DNA of 64,000 nucleotides, taken from positions 141,112,001 through 141,176,000 of the forward strand of contig OZ024742.1 in the NCBI GenBank assembly GCA_964016885.1, in the 5' to 3' direction. The DNA comes from Eledone cirrhosa. Taxonomy: Eukaryota. The notes below the pieces were generated by a model, which did no database searches, had not been told where the DNA came from, and was given only the letters and a program-made list of their open reading frames with translations. The position numbers and the translations under genes are program-made. Below, piece by piece: positions 26,001 to 39,925 of this stretch (positions are counted from its first letter, which is position 1; every line of letters begins with the position of its first letter).

Positions 26001-27540
26001 AAGTGCTTATATTTATCAAAGAACCTTCCATCATAATTATATGTAAGAAATTCAATTATGTTCTAAACACCACCATAATAAAAAAAAAAGTTATATTACT
26101 AGATCTCTCCAAATTCTTAATTATTTTCAAAATGATTTGAAAATCATAGTGTCTTTTGTTGGAAATATGGTAATATAATTTTCTTCTTATTAAGCTGGTA
26201 TTTGGAAAATAACTAAACCAATGTTCTTACATGAAATTATCATGGAAGATTTTAATGAAAATATAAAAAAACTTTAAAATAAACTTTTTTGTATCACAAA
26301 TCCAGGTGGTGGTTTCAGGTGGTTTAGTATCAAAAAGGTTAAACACTAAATGTGGAACTAATTTTATAATACACCCACCTCAGACAGCAGTTACCAGAAT
26401 TGATAAAATCTGTTTTTATGGCAAAATGTACCCAGTACTCAGTAAAGTGGTTGTTGATAGGAAAGGCATCCACCCCATAAAAAAGCTACTAAACAAAGGG
26501 TTGGGAAGACTCTTCAGTTGTGTCAAAGACTTAACAACCTTCCTAGTGATGGTTCCATATCAAAATGCTCCCAGTGCCCTCTGTAGAGTGTAGGAACTTA
26601 TGTAAGCAAGATGCAGACCCATGGCCTGTCTGAGATGTCAGTAGTTTTAAGTGCTCATGTGGTTTGTGGCACCCTGTCCAACCCTTGCTAGCAGGAAAAA
26701 TGGATGTTATATGAAGGCGATGAGGATTATTAAGGTGCTGGATGAAATACTTGTGGTATTTGTTGCAGTTCTGAGTTCAAATCCTTGCACTGAGGTCAAC
26801 TTTGCTTTTTTGTTATTTTGGGTTCAATTAAGTACTTTACATTACTGATGAACACATTACACTCTATTAGACCAATGGTTGTGATATTTGTTCTAGTTCT
26901 TTGTATTCTGTGTTCAAATTCCACTGTTGCCCTCCAGACACCATGGATGAGATTGAAACAACTTTGTGTGCATACCCATATGGTATTAAACCTTCTGAGA
27001 ACAGATGATACCTGATGATGATGAGGATTTATGAGTTATCCTTTTATGTTATTCAGTTTCTCTAGAAAAGTTTACTGAAAGGGAAGACAGAATCAAACAC
27101 ATTGATCAAACCAGATGTTAAAAACTTCTGAAGCAAAATCATGCCTTTGGATTACTCTTATTGATCCTGTAACTCCTGATAGCATCATAAGAGCACTGTC
27201 ATGATATACAGTGCATATTTTTGAGTATTTAAAAAAAAATCATGGCGGTGTCCATCCTTCTCCAGTTTTGACCATAGCTGATTTCTTCCAGAAAAAGAGA
27301 GAGAATGAAAAATCAACCCCAGCACTGGACTGGCACATTATTTATTGATCCCGAAATAATTAAAAGCAAAGTTGGTTTCAGCACTATTTGAACTTAGTGG
27401 GCAAGAAGCCAGAATGACACCATAACGACTCTGATAACTTGGTAATCAGATTTCCCAGAAGATGAGATATTATGGCATGTGTAAATGGAACCATTTTAGA
27501 TGTTTGTTATCGACTCAGTTGTATATCAAATATCTATTAA

Positions 27541-27751
27541 CCCTTTAGCATTTAAACCAGTCGTATCTGGTCAGAATTCTTTCACCTCCTTCTGTTCAAA
27601 CCTGCCACTTATACTGATGTTAAGGTATTATTCTCAAAATAAATAACATAAAAGTTTCATAGATTTGATATTATGTGAGATAATTATGTGAGGTAAAGCC
27701 TTTACCATGAAAATACAATAGAAAATACAGAGTAATGTAAATGCTAAAGGG
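27541..27751. mobile_element. piggyBac-type MITE
   Basis: Perfect 14-bp TIR CCCTTTAGCATTTA...TAAATGCTAAAGGG with TTAA on both sides. Confidence 0.85.
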
Positions 27752-28740
27752 TTAATCAGCTGATACTTTTTACTTTCAAGTAACAGGAGTATGTATCTCT
27801 ACTTGTCAATATATTTATCACTGATAAAAATGTTTAACACTTTCAAATTTGCACAAAACAATGGCATCTGTTGGTTTTTCAAGGCTATGGATCTACATTT
27901 GGAAAATCTTGCTTCGGTTTTGTTGATTGAGCAATATATCTGCTATGACTGTAGACAATCACACTAGAGTAACAGTCCTAATTGCATCAATTACATTTGA
28001 ATATGTTGTCCTGGTGCTGTCTTGTTTTTCTTTTAAGTGTGCTTTTCTTTCTCTCATCTTTTTAACCTACTGCTTAGTTTCAGCCTACAGTGAAAGTGAT
28101 CACTTGTAATGTCTCTCACCCTTTCAAGGTTCATGTTCAATTATTTCATGTCTCTTTCGTAGACATCTTTAAAACAAAGATAGGGTCATATTTGTGCTCT
28201 CTTGCTAGTAGCTAGTTTCCTGCACAGCAGGTCATACAGTGCATATATTACTCATATATAGCTGGTGATAGAAATAGGAACAGAAACTATAGCCTAACAA
28301 TCAATTAGCACATGTAATCATACAATTTCTGGTTGAGAGTTTTAATACAAATTTTCAAGTTTGGTTTGAGTGAGAATTTTCTTATTCTAGAATATGAGTT
28401 GAAAGTCTAGAGAAACTTTTATCTAGCAAAACAATGAATATGTAAATAAGATGAGTTAATAAAGTAAGGGTTATGAAAAGATACTAGAAGTATAATTAGA
28501 GATTAGTTCAATAGATTTGTAGTCCAAAGGGCAGAAATAATTGAATGTGTAAGATTAAATCAAGAGCACTACAAACGAATTTTGAATGGAGGTGTTCTCA
28601 TTAGTAGGAAATGTACCAGAAGTGTATACTGATCTTGCAGAAAAATAGTTTTCAGTGAAATAACTGATAGAGGAAATTAACTTTCTTGATACCAAACCAG
28701 CTTTGGTCCTACAATGTAAAACTGTTTTAAAGTGTTTATA

Positions 28741-29772
28741 TCTAAACTATAATAAAGGAAGGTCTGTGGGATTGCGTACGGTTTATTTTTTTTATCCCAT
28801 TTGTAAAATAAATTGGATTACTTTGAATAAATAATGAATGAATATTACATAATTTATGTACTCAATTTCGTAAAAATAAATAATTTCAAATTGACTTCTT
28901 TTCAAAGTTATACTTCCGGTATATCGTCGCCACCACAACCATTTCAACTACCATATATATTAGAAAGAGAGTGTTTGTGATGAGAGAGATTATGATTTTC
29001 TACACATGACGCGTATGATTGTGCACATACATACATCTATATGTATGAGTGTATAACTATAATCGCGCAAACACAAACTTATAAAAATACACTCACGGAC
29101 ATAATACACATACTTTCACACAAATATACATACTTTCACACAAACATACATACTATCACACAAATATACATACATTCACACATATACATTTTCACAAACA
29201 CACACATACAGTCATGATAGCGTTCGGTTTAATTGGAGATGGGAGGGTATACTTTCACAGAAATATACATACATACATACATTCACACATACTATCACAC
29301 AAACATACATACATTCACACATACTTTCACACAAACATACATACATTTACAGAAACACACACATACAGTCATGATAGCGTTCGGTTTAATTGGAAATGGG
29401 AGGGTAAAACAAATATAACGTTTTATTTATTTATTAACTCTTTTTTTTTTTTTTTAAACTCATCTAAACTATAATAAAGTCTGAAATGTCAACACTTCCG
29501 GTTGGCCATCGCTTAAATAAACATACTAATTATCTGTCACTAATTTTCTCCTAATGCAGTTTATATATAATATCGTCTTTTTTAATGTATCATGGATTAC
29601 GTTACATAAGACAGTGTAACGCAGTCTTCGTTCAATTTTTATATATAATATATTGTCGATTACGATTTTATTTGATGTATCATATCTACATGTATATATA
29701 CCTGCGTATAATATCAATATACACACTACACATGCTAGCAGAAAACCACCCGAAATGTGGTTTTTCTGCTAG
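28741..29772 (+). mobile_element. Non-autonomous Helitron (composite, two 5' termini)
   Basis: Starts A|TCTAAACTATAATAAAG and ends with the hairpin GCAGAAAACCAC-CCGAAAT-GTGGTTTTTCTGC and CTAG|T. Removing it rejoins the host MITE motif GTGTTTATA/TTTATCTAAA with no TSD. Confidence 0.8.
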
Positions 29773-29984
29773 TTTATCTAAAGATTTTCCATTATAATTT
29801 TATGCAGGAACCTTAATTATGTTCCTAACACCAATTTAATAATGTGAAAATCAGTTATATTACTAAATTCCCCCAAATTGTTGATTATTTTCAAAATGAT
29901 TTGAAAATCATAGGCAGAATCTTTTAATAGAAATATGGTAACAAAAGAATACAAAACTTGTAACTATTTTACTTCACTAATATC

Positions 29985-30357
29985 AATAATTGTTTCTACT
30001 TTAGGCACAAGGCCAGCAATTACCCAGTGCATTACTGGTACTTTATTTTATCGACCCCGTAAGGATGAAAGGCAAAGTCAACCTCGGCGGGATTTGAACT
30101 CAGATCGTAAAGGGACGTAACTATGCTGGAAAGCATGGCGTCCGACCCTCAACCGATACTGCCAATCCACATCAATAATTGTTTCTACTTTAGGCACAAG
30201 GCCAGCAATTATCCAGTGCATTACTGGTACTTTATTTTATCGACCCCGTAAGGATGAAAGGCAAAGTCAACCTCGGCGGGATTTGAACTCAGATCGTAAA
30301 GGGATGTAACTATGCTGGAAAGCATGGCGTCCGACCCTCTGCCAATCCACATCAATA
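29985..30357 (-). mobile_element. Tandem dimer of the Meta-like SINE
   Basis: Two ~185-bp near-identical units, each preceded by ATCAATAAT. Confidence 0.85.
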
Positions 30358-30667
30358 ATGTTCCTGGGAAACATGTCACAATTTTTATTCTCTTTACTTT
30401 GTAGTAATCGGAGTAATCTCTCTTCAATAGATGATTTAGATGGATACTTGATCCTTATTCATTTTGGTATGGATTTTTAAAAAAATTAGGAATTTTTTCA
30501 CTAAGACTTCCTTCTATTTTTAAAGTGGTTCTCCAATTCTTTTTTACCTTGAACATCAAAGATAATCAGCAAATAATTATTTTTATTTAAAAATAAAATA
30601 CGTTTTAAAAACCAGAAACTGATTAAGGTTTAAATTTAAAATAGTTCTTTTTTGTGTATTTTATATG

Positions 30668-31862
30668 ATAATGAAAATTGTCTACAGTGCTCAGGTGCAC
30701 TACAACTCATCAAAGGTGCATGTAGAATACTTATTTCTACTTTTGGTACAAGGCCAGCAATTATCTCAGTGCATTACTGGTGCTTTATTTTATCGACCCC
30801 GTAAGGACGAAAGGCGAAGTTAACCTCGGCAGGATTTGAACTCAGAACGCAAAGGGCCGCAACTTTATGCTGTAAAGCATTTTCCCTGACTCTACCGACT
30901 GCCAATCCACTGCCCTTAGTACATAGAATAATTGTTTCTACTTTTAGCACAAGGCCAGCAATTACCCAGTACATTACTGGTACTTTATTTTATCGACCCC
31001 GTAAGGATGAAAGGCAAAGTTGACCTCGGCCTTAGTACATAGAATAATGCACAAAGGTCAGGAAAGTGAACAGTGAATGAGTCATGGTACAGACACAGAC
31101 ATGCATGCGTGTGTATGGAGGGGGTGTATCAGGTGTAGTGTTGTCGAATTTTGGGAAGCATGGAAGTTTTGAAGAATGCTGTGTCTCGACAGCTAACAAC
31201 TGATGCAGATAGTTTGTTCCATGCTTTGGCAACTCTGAGCATGAAGAAATGTTTCCGCAAGTCATGGGAGCTGTACTGTTTTCTGATTTTGTAAGCTTGT
31301 CCACGAGTGTTAGACATGTGGAATTCGAAAAGGTGCTCAGGGTTGTTGTTGGAAAGATGGTTAATAATCTTGTGGGTGTCTACCAAGTCAGTTGCCAAAC
31401 GTCGGAGCTTTAATGTATCCATGTCCAGGGAAGCAAGGCGTTCAGAGTATGGCAGATGCCTGTTGGAGGGTATTCGTTTTGTTGAACGTCTCTGAACAGT
31501 TTCCAGGAGATCGATATTCTGAGCAAGATTGGGGTTCCAGACTGGTAATGCAAATTCTAAGCATGGACGCACCATAGCTATATACAGCTTTAAATAGATA
31601 GCTGGAGAGCGACTGACAAAGGTCTTACTGATTGATGCTAAGACAATCTCGGCCTTCTTGACAATTTTATAGTTGTACTTTGTCAAATTGCTGTTGACAC
31701 TAATGCCTAGGTCACGTTTACAAGATTTCTTGAGATTAGTGTTGTGGAGGGAGTATGGGAATGCTGGGTTTTTCCTCCCAAAATGTATGGTGGTACACTT
31801 GTCCACAACCAGCTTGAGTTGCCAGTCCGTAATCTATTGCTGTATTGTATCCATGTTTGATT
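30668..31862 (-). mobile_element. CR1-group LINE 3' fragment with nested SINEs
   Basis: ORF 31129..31806 (KC..HFG, RDLG, LYIAMVRP.LEFA..VWNP, LETVQRR.TK, YSERL..L...L..RR, RV..WN.L). The 3' UTR is interrupted by SINE copies at about 30730-31030. Confidence 0.85.
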
Positions 31863-32790
31863 GCATATTTCATCTGCATTTGAAGTGTATGAATATATTT
31901 TGTTTGCATTAGTAGTTACATTTTCATTTTTAATAAATTGAAACTGAAACAGCTGCATTTAAAAATAACAACAAAAAACAACTAATACTTTCAAGTGTAA
32001 ACAAAATATATAATTATACATTTGAAAATACTACTGCAAATCCTCCAACCCTAATCAGTTTCTGATTATAAAAAATTACATTAAGGGCATTTTAATTTAT
32101 TTTTGCTGATACTGAATCTTTGATGTTTTTTTATGGTATAATAAAATGTTAGAAGGGATTAAGGTAATTCATGCTAAAGCGAACAGGTTCCTAGTACTTC
32201 CTTGTTAAGAAAATTATATTATTATTTAGAACTTTAAAGGGTGGTCCAACAAAATGATTTAAAGCATTTAGTTATGATTTTCTACGTTCTGAGTTCAAAA
32301 CTGGCCGAGACCAACTTTGCCTTTCATCCTTGATAAAATAAGGTACTTAAGTACTGGTGGTGATATAATGGACTTTCCTCTTTTGCCGAATTGCTGGTCT
32401 TAACCTAATGTTAGAATTATTTAGAACTTCGAAATCACTTTCGTTAACATCATTAAAGGTACTGCATATGACTTTTCACATCATTTAAAAAATAATCAAG
32501 AATTTGGTGAGATTTCTCATATTTAAGCTGGTATTTGGAACAAAGATTTTTACATAAAAGTATGATGGAAGTTTTTTTTTCTTGAGATAGATATAATTAC
32601 TTTAAAATAAAAATTCTTGTATCGTAAAACTAAGGGTGGCTTCAGACAGTTTAGTATCAAAATCGTTTTAAACATCTGTCAATATTTAGAATAAACTATA
32701 CTTCCAAGACAATTTTCCTGACGTTGGATTTCTCTAATTATGGAGTTATGTCCCCTATTCCACATTCGTATTGTTATGAATGTATACAAA

Positions 32791-32847
32791 ATGGCGATCG
32801 TTTCACCAACTTGGGAATTCACTGAGATGATACATGCAATATTTGAG
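32791..32847 (+). CDS. SPTLC1: SPTLC1 coding exon 1
   Basis: AAAATGGCG start; MAIVSPTWEFTEMIHAIFE aligns to vertebrate MATATEQWVLVEMVQALYE; GAG|gtttgt donor; 57 nt. Confidence 0.85.
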
Positions 32848-35800
32848 GTTTGTTTTTCACCCATTTTGTGTCAAACACTATTTAAAAATATAGATAAAAA
32901 TTCAATTATAATTTTATTCATCTTAACTGTTTATATTTAAATGTATGTAACAGGATACGCGTTACATACGACACATTCTTTGGTCCGTCTTGTATTCGAA
33001 TTACGCACTTGCTTAGTAATCAGATAAATAATTTAATTAATTTTCATTTATTTTAAATGTAACATTTTGGCTAGATGGATTAGTGAAACTTGAATAGTTA
33101 TTCGGAAGTTATCACTGCTCGAATTACTGATGTCTCTCTATAACTGAGTTTAACAGAATGTGATGCAAACAATGTGATATGGATTATCAACACAATTTAA
33201 GACATGTGGCTTCAATTTCTAGTATAATCCATTTCGATGTCAATATGACCTGCTAATCAAGTCGATCGGATAACTTCTCATTGACTTTTAAACTTTTCCC
33301 ACACCCATTTTGATTAGAGTCTAAATAACTCCGTTAACGTAACATTTTCTAAGTTCACTGTTCGTCCATGAATGTGACTAATTGACACACTTAGAATTTA
33401 AATGTACTTTTTCTGGATCTTATGTAACTCGAGATTTTTATCTTTGTTTTACACGAAGTTCGTTACTCAGATATCCGTTAATTCTTATCTTCTGTTTTTG
33501 TTATTAGTCCAGTAATTAAATCCTTTCTGTCTAATAAACTCGTTAAAAAAGTTAGATAAACTTATATAAAACATCGTTACAAAGACTAACTTGTTGCTTG
33601 CTGTCGTCCCAGGTTAAATCAACTTGTGGTTATATGACGCAGGTCAAACCCAATTGAGCAGATCTAAGATTAAAAAAAAAGATTTAAGCCATTCACACAA
33701 TGAGTATCCAGGATCCATTTTCAAATGTATCCTCTTTGTAAAACGTTAACCCTTTTTTTACTCTTATGCCTCATCAGGACAAATCAAATATCTCCTCTCC
33801 CCTTGATTAAAAACATATTTGGTGTTAAAATGATATAACGCAAACTTTCCAAAAAATTGTCCCTCTCCCAAATATTGCAATTGTTCCCCTGTTGGGTATG
33901 CGGTCCTGGTTCTGAATCACTGTATAAGACGTGTTTTGCGGAAAATTTAGCTATGGTTTCAAGCAGTTTGTACAATCGCGTGGAAGTTGACTTCTGTTTA
34001 ACTTTGGATTGTTAATAAAGTTAATAAAATTGTGTCGCTTTAACCAAGAAAAAGGTTACAAAAGGAGGATAATGTCTCACTATGGTAGAATACATTCAAT
34101 CGTTTATGTAAATTATCAATATTTTCATAGTTAAGCGTGAATATGAAATGTTTTGTCCCATTTTTGGGTTATTGTTTAGCCCTAGGTCATGCGTTCCAGC
34201 CGTTCTATATCTTGGATTTCATTAAATAATGTGCCATTCATTTTAGACAGCTGGGATATGAGTGAGATAGGATGGTAATTTTCGTTTTTGTGTTATTGTT
34301 ACCTTCAGTTCTATGCAGCTTATGTTTTTATGGATGAGCAACTTGATTAAATTGTTAATTCAAAACTAGGTTATCGCAAGGTAAGTCTGTTGAGCGAAAT
34401 TAATATACAATGTCAGTGTTTCAACATGTAATCATATTGAATCCTAACGTTTTGCGATGAATCTTTCATTGAATATTTTTCATATCAATGCCTAGTCACC
34501 CAGAGGGGATGGCGTGAAGGAGGGTATAGGCCAGTTGTCAATGACCTACGATTTTGAAGTCTACTCCCTTCAAGTTTTGGTTCTTTTATTTATTTTTTAA
34601 GACTTTCAACATAGTTTATTTATAAATGCAATTATTACAACATTCTGTTAAACTATGCAATATCGTGTATTCTGTTACTTTACTTGTATGTACATGACGT
34701 ACACTACATGTATATATCTGTAACCCACATATATTATGAACAATTTGAAATGGGGTTTACATTTCATATCTGACCTGAGCCTGTGATCAGCTTGCATATC
34801 TCTACTTACTACACGAAACCTCCCTAGTATTGGGACTATGAAAAAAAAACAAAAAATAAACGCACCCAGTATACTCTTTTAAGTGGTTGGTGTTAGCATT
34901 TAACTGTAGAATCGAAGCCAGAAATGGACATCTGAGCAAAACACAATATCCAATGAATCTAAGAGCGCAGTAAATATAAATATAAATGGATTCGGACCAC
35001 CATGACCAATATAGCCAAAGCCAGCATGAAAAGTGGGTGTAGAATGATAATGACTTTCCTAGTAAACGTTAACTGTAATATGCATAACAATTCAGTATTA
35101 TAAGATCAATGAGAGTGGTAGGTTGTTTGGCCAGACGGTTTTCAGTATTTAGTTCTGGGATAAAATCTGACTGTGGCCAGTTTTGTCTTTCTTCTACCCG
35201 GGTGTCTAAAAAATAAGTATCAACCATATGATCTGGTGATTAAATTCTCTGTACCTCTTCTCTACAAATTTTGGTATTTTATCAAAGTGAAAAATTGTTA
35301 ATATTGTTTAAACTGTTGTAGTAAAAGTAGCGATTACACTCCTTTTGGAAAGACTTGAAGAGTGGACCAACGTTCAGGGCAGGAAAGAATGGATGTAGTG
35401 GTTAGTGCAATGCCAAGTCTGTGTAGACATAACATCGGTGATAAGAGAAGAAACAAATGAACCAGGACTGCCTGATCGTAGGTGGCATGAAATAAGCAAA
35501 CTCCAAAGTGTCAGAGACTTTGTAGTAATAGAAGACTGTTGCTGTGCTTAGATTTTGTCAGTGCCAACTTTGTCTTTAGTTTCTCTGGAGGCTTATTAAA
35601 ACAAGTACTGGCAATATACTTGGATTGTTTCAATATTTCTAATTATACACAAGATTTTGTCTGTTATCATGAATATGCTTTTATATATTATGTCTCACCC
35701 CTATGATGTAATGAAGTATAGCTATAAAAACCATACCAGGATGGAATGTATGAGCGAAACAGTCATCTGACCTGTTTAGTCTCAGAATGTGTCAGCCCAT

Positions 35801-35910
35801 CTAACCCATGCAAGCATGGAAAATAGATGTTAAATGGCGATGATGATGAGTGGTGTAGTCATTGTTTAGATCTTGGGCAGCCCTAATCGAAGCTAACCTA
35901 TGATCTACAG

Positions 35911-36045
35911 CAGCCATGGGCAACCCTTTTTGAATAGTGAGCTGCATAGGAATTGGCTCTTAAGGTGGGCTGCACTATTAAAAAACTCAAGGCAATTTCG
36001 AAATTAGGCATGCCATTCAAACTGGTTGCAGTTTACCCATGACTG
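35911..36045. mobile_element. hAT-type MITE
   Basis: Imperfect TIR CAGCCATGGGCAAC...GTTTACCCATGACTG with the 8-bp TSD ATCTACAG. Confidence 0.8.
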
Positions 36046-37526
36046 ATCTACAGCATTCTAGCCATAGCCATTCCATAGTGTATTTAGAACTTCCATTTCG
36101 AACTTAAAACTTTTGGGTTCTTATACTGTCATGTGGAATGACACAGAATGTATATATCGGTGTACTTGCACATTCCTCTCTCTCTATTTATATATTGGTG
36201 GTACTAGCATCACAATAAAAAGCACTCAGTCACCCCTTTTAGGTGGTAGTGGTGATGCCATGATAAAACACTCATGGTACATGCTGTGAAGTAGTTAGTG
36301 TTAGGAAGGGCATCCAGCCATAGAAACCATGCTGAAATGGAACATGTGAGCAAGACATGGTCAACTGACTTGCCTAGTTTCAGAATGTGACAACCAGTCT
36401 AATCCAATGGAAAATAAACATTAGATGATTCTCTCCAAGATGATAAATGGATAAGAGATACTGTGGCTGGGGTGTAATGTTAGTGTACATACACAACAAA
36501 GCATGGATGAAAGAAGATTGCATTGGTGTGGATATGTGATATGTATGGATAATGATTGTTAGAGGAAGAAGTGCTAAGGGGTCCTAAAACTCTGAACCTC
36601 ACATTTAACCCATGCATGCAGGGAAAAAATAAATGTAAAATGTAAATGAAGACAATGAGAATGAAGATGATAGTATGTGATTTAGAGGAAATTTGTCTGC
36701 TATTTCTAGCAGGCCAAACAATCACATACAAGTTCCCTTGATGGTAAGTTGAAGATGGATTTAGTGCTATAACTAACTTTTTCATATTAAGCTGGTGTTT
36801 AGAACAAACTTAACAAAAGTTCTTAGAATTATGAGGGAAGGCTTTTATATAAATATAAACATTTTCAAACAAACAGTTTTATATCATAGAACCAAGGGTG
36901 CTTTCAAATGGTTTAGTATTAAAGGAGTTAAATAGATAATTGCTTGCTCTTATAGTTTGCAAAGCCATGTTTGTAGTGGAATGTTAAACATTGCAAGTGA
37001 ATGTTGCTATGATATCATGTGATAAAATGTAAAACTTGCTGAGATTATATATTTTAAATTTCTCCCACATTGAGTCTGCATGCCAAGCTAATTGTTCTAA
37101 TTCCATCTCATTTCGCACGCACGCACGCGCCTTTTCAATGCTAGAATAAAGCTAACAAAAGAATACAACTAATAATGGTTTCTTTATTGGCCACAAGGGC
37201 CGAAAAAGAATACAACTAATAATGCTTCCAACAAAGTTTTTATTTAACATCATGAAAATCATCATCACTGTTTAACATCTATTTTCCATGCTTGCATGGG
37301 TTAGAGGGGTTGTTTCATTCTGAGGTTAGACAGATCAGGTGACCATGTCTTGTTCATACAGTCTGTTTTTAGCTTTGCTTCTATGTATTTTTTTACATAT
37401 ATTTGCACCCATTGAAAAAAAAAAAAAGTTGCTTGATCATTTACCCATTTGTCTTATTTATATTTAAAGTTATATTTAGTTTTATTCAGTATTTTGACTA
37501 AAATGTTTTGATTATTGTATTTTTAG

Positions 37527-37631
37527 GCTCCAACATACCATTTGTTCTTTGAAGCCATCCTTATCATTTGTATTATTAAACTGCTGTTTTCCAAAAGCTA
37601 TAATCCTGAAAAGACAATACTCACAGAAAAG
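37527..37631 (+). CDS. SPTLC1: SPTLC1 coding exon 2 (transmembrane helix)
   Basis: ttttag|APTYHLFFEAILIICIIKLLFSKSYNPEKTILTEK|gtaagc; 105 nt. Confidence 0.93.
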
Positions 37632-38761
37632 GTAAGCACCTTTATATATTTTAGAATAAATCAAATGAACAATATTTTTATTTTCTGAGTTTTTCATCAG
37701 GAAAATGTTTATAAAATGTTATACTTACATTAAATTTATATTAGACATATTTAAATTTGTTCTCAGCAGAGCTGTTCTGGTACAGAATGGGTTGCATGTG
37801 GTGGATTAATATATTGCCACTAGATATGACTGTTATTTGCTATATAAGTGAGCACCTGCCTGACGAATAAGCAACCCTGGACCAACAGATTGTCTAATAT
37901 ATATATATTATGTTGGGCATAAATATTTATTCTTTATTTTTATTGCCAGCAAATGCACATTATGCAAGTTAGACTGGCTGTTTCAGTTAAGTTCTTGTTT
38001 GTGTTTGATATAAATAGCAGTTAGCTATAAATTATTTTTGTAGACAGAAACATAAGGGCACTTGCATTCTGATGAATGGCAAGCTAGCCATGAAATATTT
38101 AAAGGCAATATCTTAAAATGTTTCTGTTTATAAAATGAATAACTGGATTTGTTCAGATTTGTTTACGTTTTCATTAGGAGGCTTATAAACAGTAGTTATA
38201 TCTCCATTAAATTTATAGATTTTTCTAATTGCTTTGTTGTGCATATTTATTGTTGAATAAAAAAAATATTTTGTTTGTATGCAAACATGATTGTGTGGTT
38301 AAAAATTTTGCTTTGTAATCAGACCACTATGTGGCACTTTGGGCATATATCCTCTACTATATTCTCAAGCTGACTAATACCCTGATAAACAGAAACTGTA
38401 TGTCACATGGGAGGTTAACTCCCAGTCACTGGGATAACTTCTGATCTGATTAGTCTCCATGCTAAATAAGATAAAATAAAACAAACAGTATTTTTTCTTT
38501 CATTCTTTTAATGGAAGAAACTGCACTATGATTTTCAATTAATTTTGAAAACAGTCGAGAATTTGAAAGAATTTAGTAATTTTACTAACTTTCTCATTAA
38601 TAAGCTGGTATTTGGAATACAAGTTAACAAATTATGATGGAAAGTGTTTAGATAAATATAAAAATCTTAAAATGAATAGTTTTGTCTTATAGAACCAGTA
38701 GTTGCCAGCAGGTACATATCAAATCAGTTAAATTATCGACCCTTCTTTTCTTTCACTTCAG

Positions 38762-38865
38762 GAAAAATCTGACTTAATTGCAGAATGGGTGCCGCAACCA
38801 CTTGTTCCAAAGACCAGAGAAGACCATCCACTTTTGGACAATCTACGAAATAATGTTGTTTCTGG
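38762..38865 (+). CDS. SPTLC1: SPTLC1 coding exon 3
   Basis: ttcag|EKSDLIAEWVPQPLVPKTREDHPLLDNLRNNVVS(G)|gtaat; 104 nt. Confidence 0.93.
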
Positions 38866-39831
38866 GTAATTTTTTTTTATATTCCATTTTGTCTATTTAC
38901 TTGATCTATTTAATAAATTTATTACAGTGGACCGACATCTTACAAAGACAATCAGCCTCTTTCCCTCACATTTAAAAAAAAGCATGTATGTTCAAGATCC
39001 TTATGTAAAGTGCCTATGTATGTTGTTGTTTTGGAGGGGTTTATAACGCCAAGTTCTCGTAAGGTTGAGAAAACTCAGGAAATGGTGGAACATAGCATTA
39101 AGAGCTTTTCAGCTGTTTAATTAAAAGAAAAAAGAATATTCTGACTGCAATCTTTCAAAGCCATACTATTTAAATCAGTGCAAGATGTGGGTCCACTGTA
39201 TTGTTCATCTGTTTGAATATTGATACTGTGTATATATGGATTTGAATAGGTATACTTTATCCTTGTGTGTCATATGTTGGTGCCAGAAACAACACCTGGC
39301 TGTAAAACAGGACCTAATGATGATTATGAAATCTGTTGTGGAGCCTGTAAGACTAACCATTGCTTTGGCAGGGAATATGGCCTTAAGATGCTTGTTGTTG
39401 AAGTTCAGGTGTTGCAGATTATACAAACACATATACACAATGGACATTGATGATTGTTACTTGTGTACTAGTTTACTAATAACAGGATTATTATTATGAA
39501 AGAGCGGTGGATTGGCAGAATCGGTAGAGCATTGGACACCATGCTTCACGGCATAGGGTTATGCTCCTTACGTTCTGAGTTCAAATCCTGCTGAGGTTAA
39601 CTTTGTCTTTCATCCTTACGGGGTTGATTAAATAAAGTACCAGTAATGCACTCGGGTCGATTTAATGCACTTTCCTTCAAATTGTTGGCCTTGTGCCTAA
39701 ATCAGAAATCATTATTATGAAAAACTAGGTATACATATTAAGTAATTACTTCATTATATAATCTGGAGGTTATATAAAAATTAACATCGTTCCTTTATAT
39801 TTCAATTGAATAAGTTTCATTTTTCTTACAG

Positions 39832-39925
39832 GAAAGCAGGCAAGTACCTGACCATCAAAGGCAAAGATTGTATCAACATGGCAACCTTCAATTTTTTGGG
39901 TATGCTTGGTGAAAAATGCGTAGAG
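39832..39925 (+). CDS. SPTLC1: SPTLC1 coding exon 4
   Basis: tacag|KAGKYLTIKGKDCINMATFNFLGMLGEKCVE|gtaact; 94 nt. Confidence 0.95.

Noticed and set aside
23200-28700. A third protein-coding gene in the intergenic spacer
   Set aside because: Only scattered splice-like sites and decayed repeats, with no phase-consistent exon chain or recognisable protein. A lncRNA cannot be excluded.
14155-32790. Shared bidirectional promoter for CDKAL1 and SPTLC1
   Set aside because: The start codons are about 18.6 kb apart with repeat-filled spacer, and nothing in the sequence supports co-regulation.
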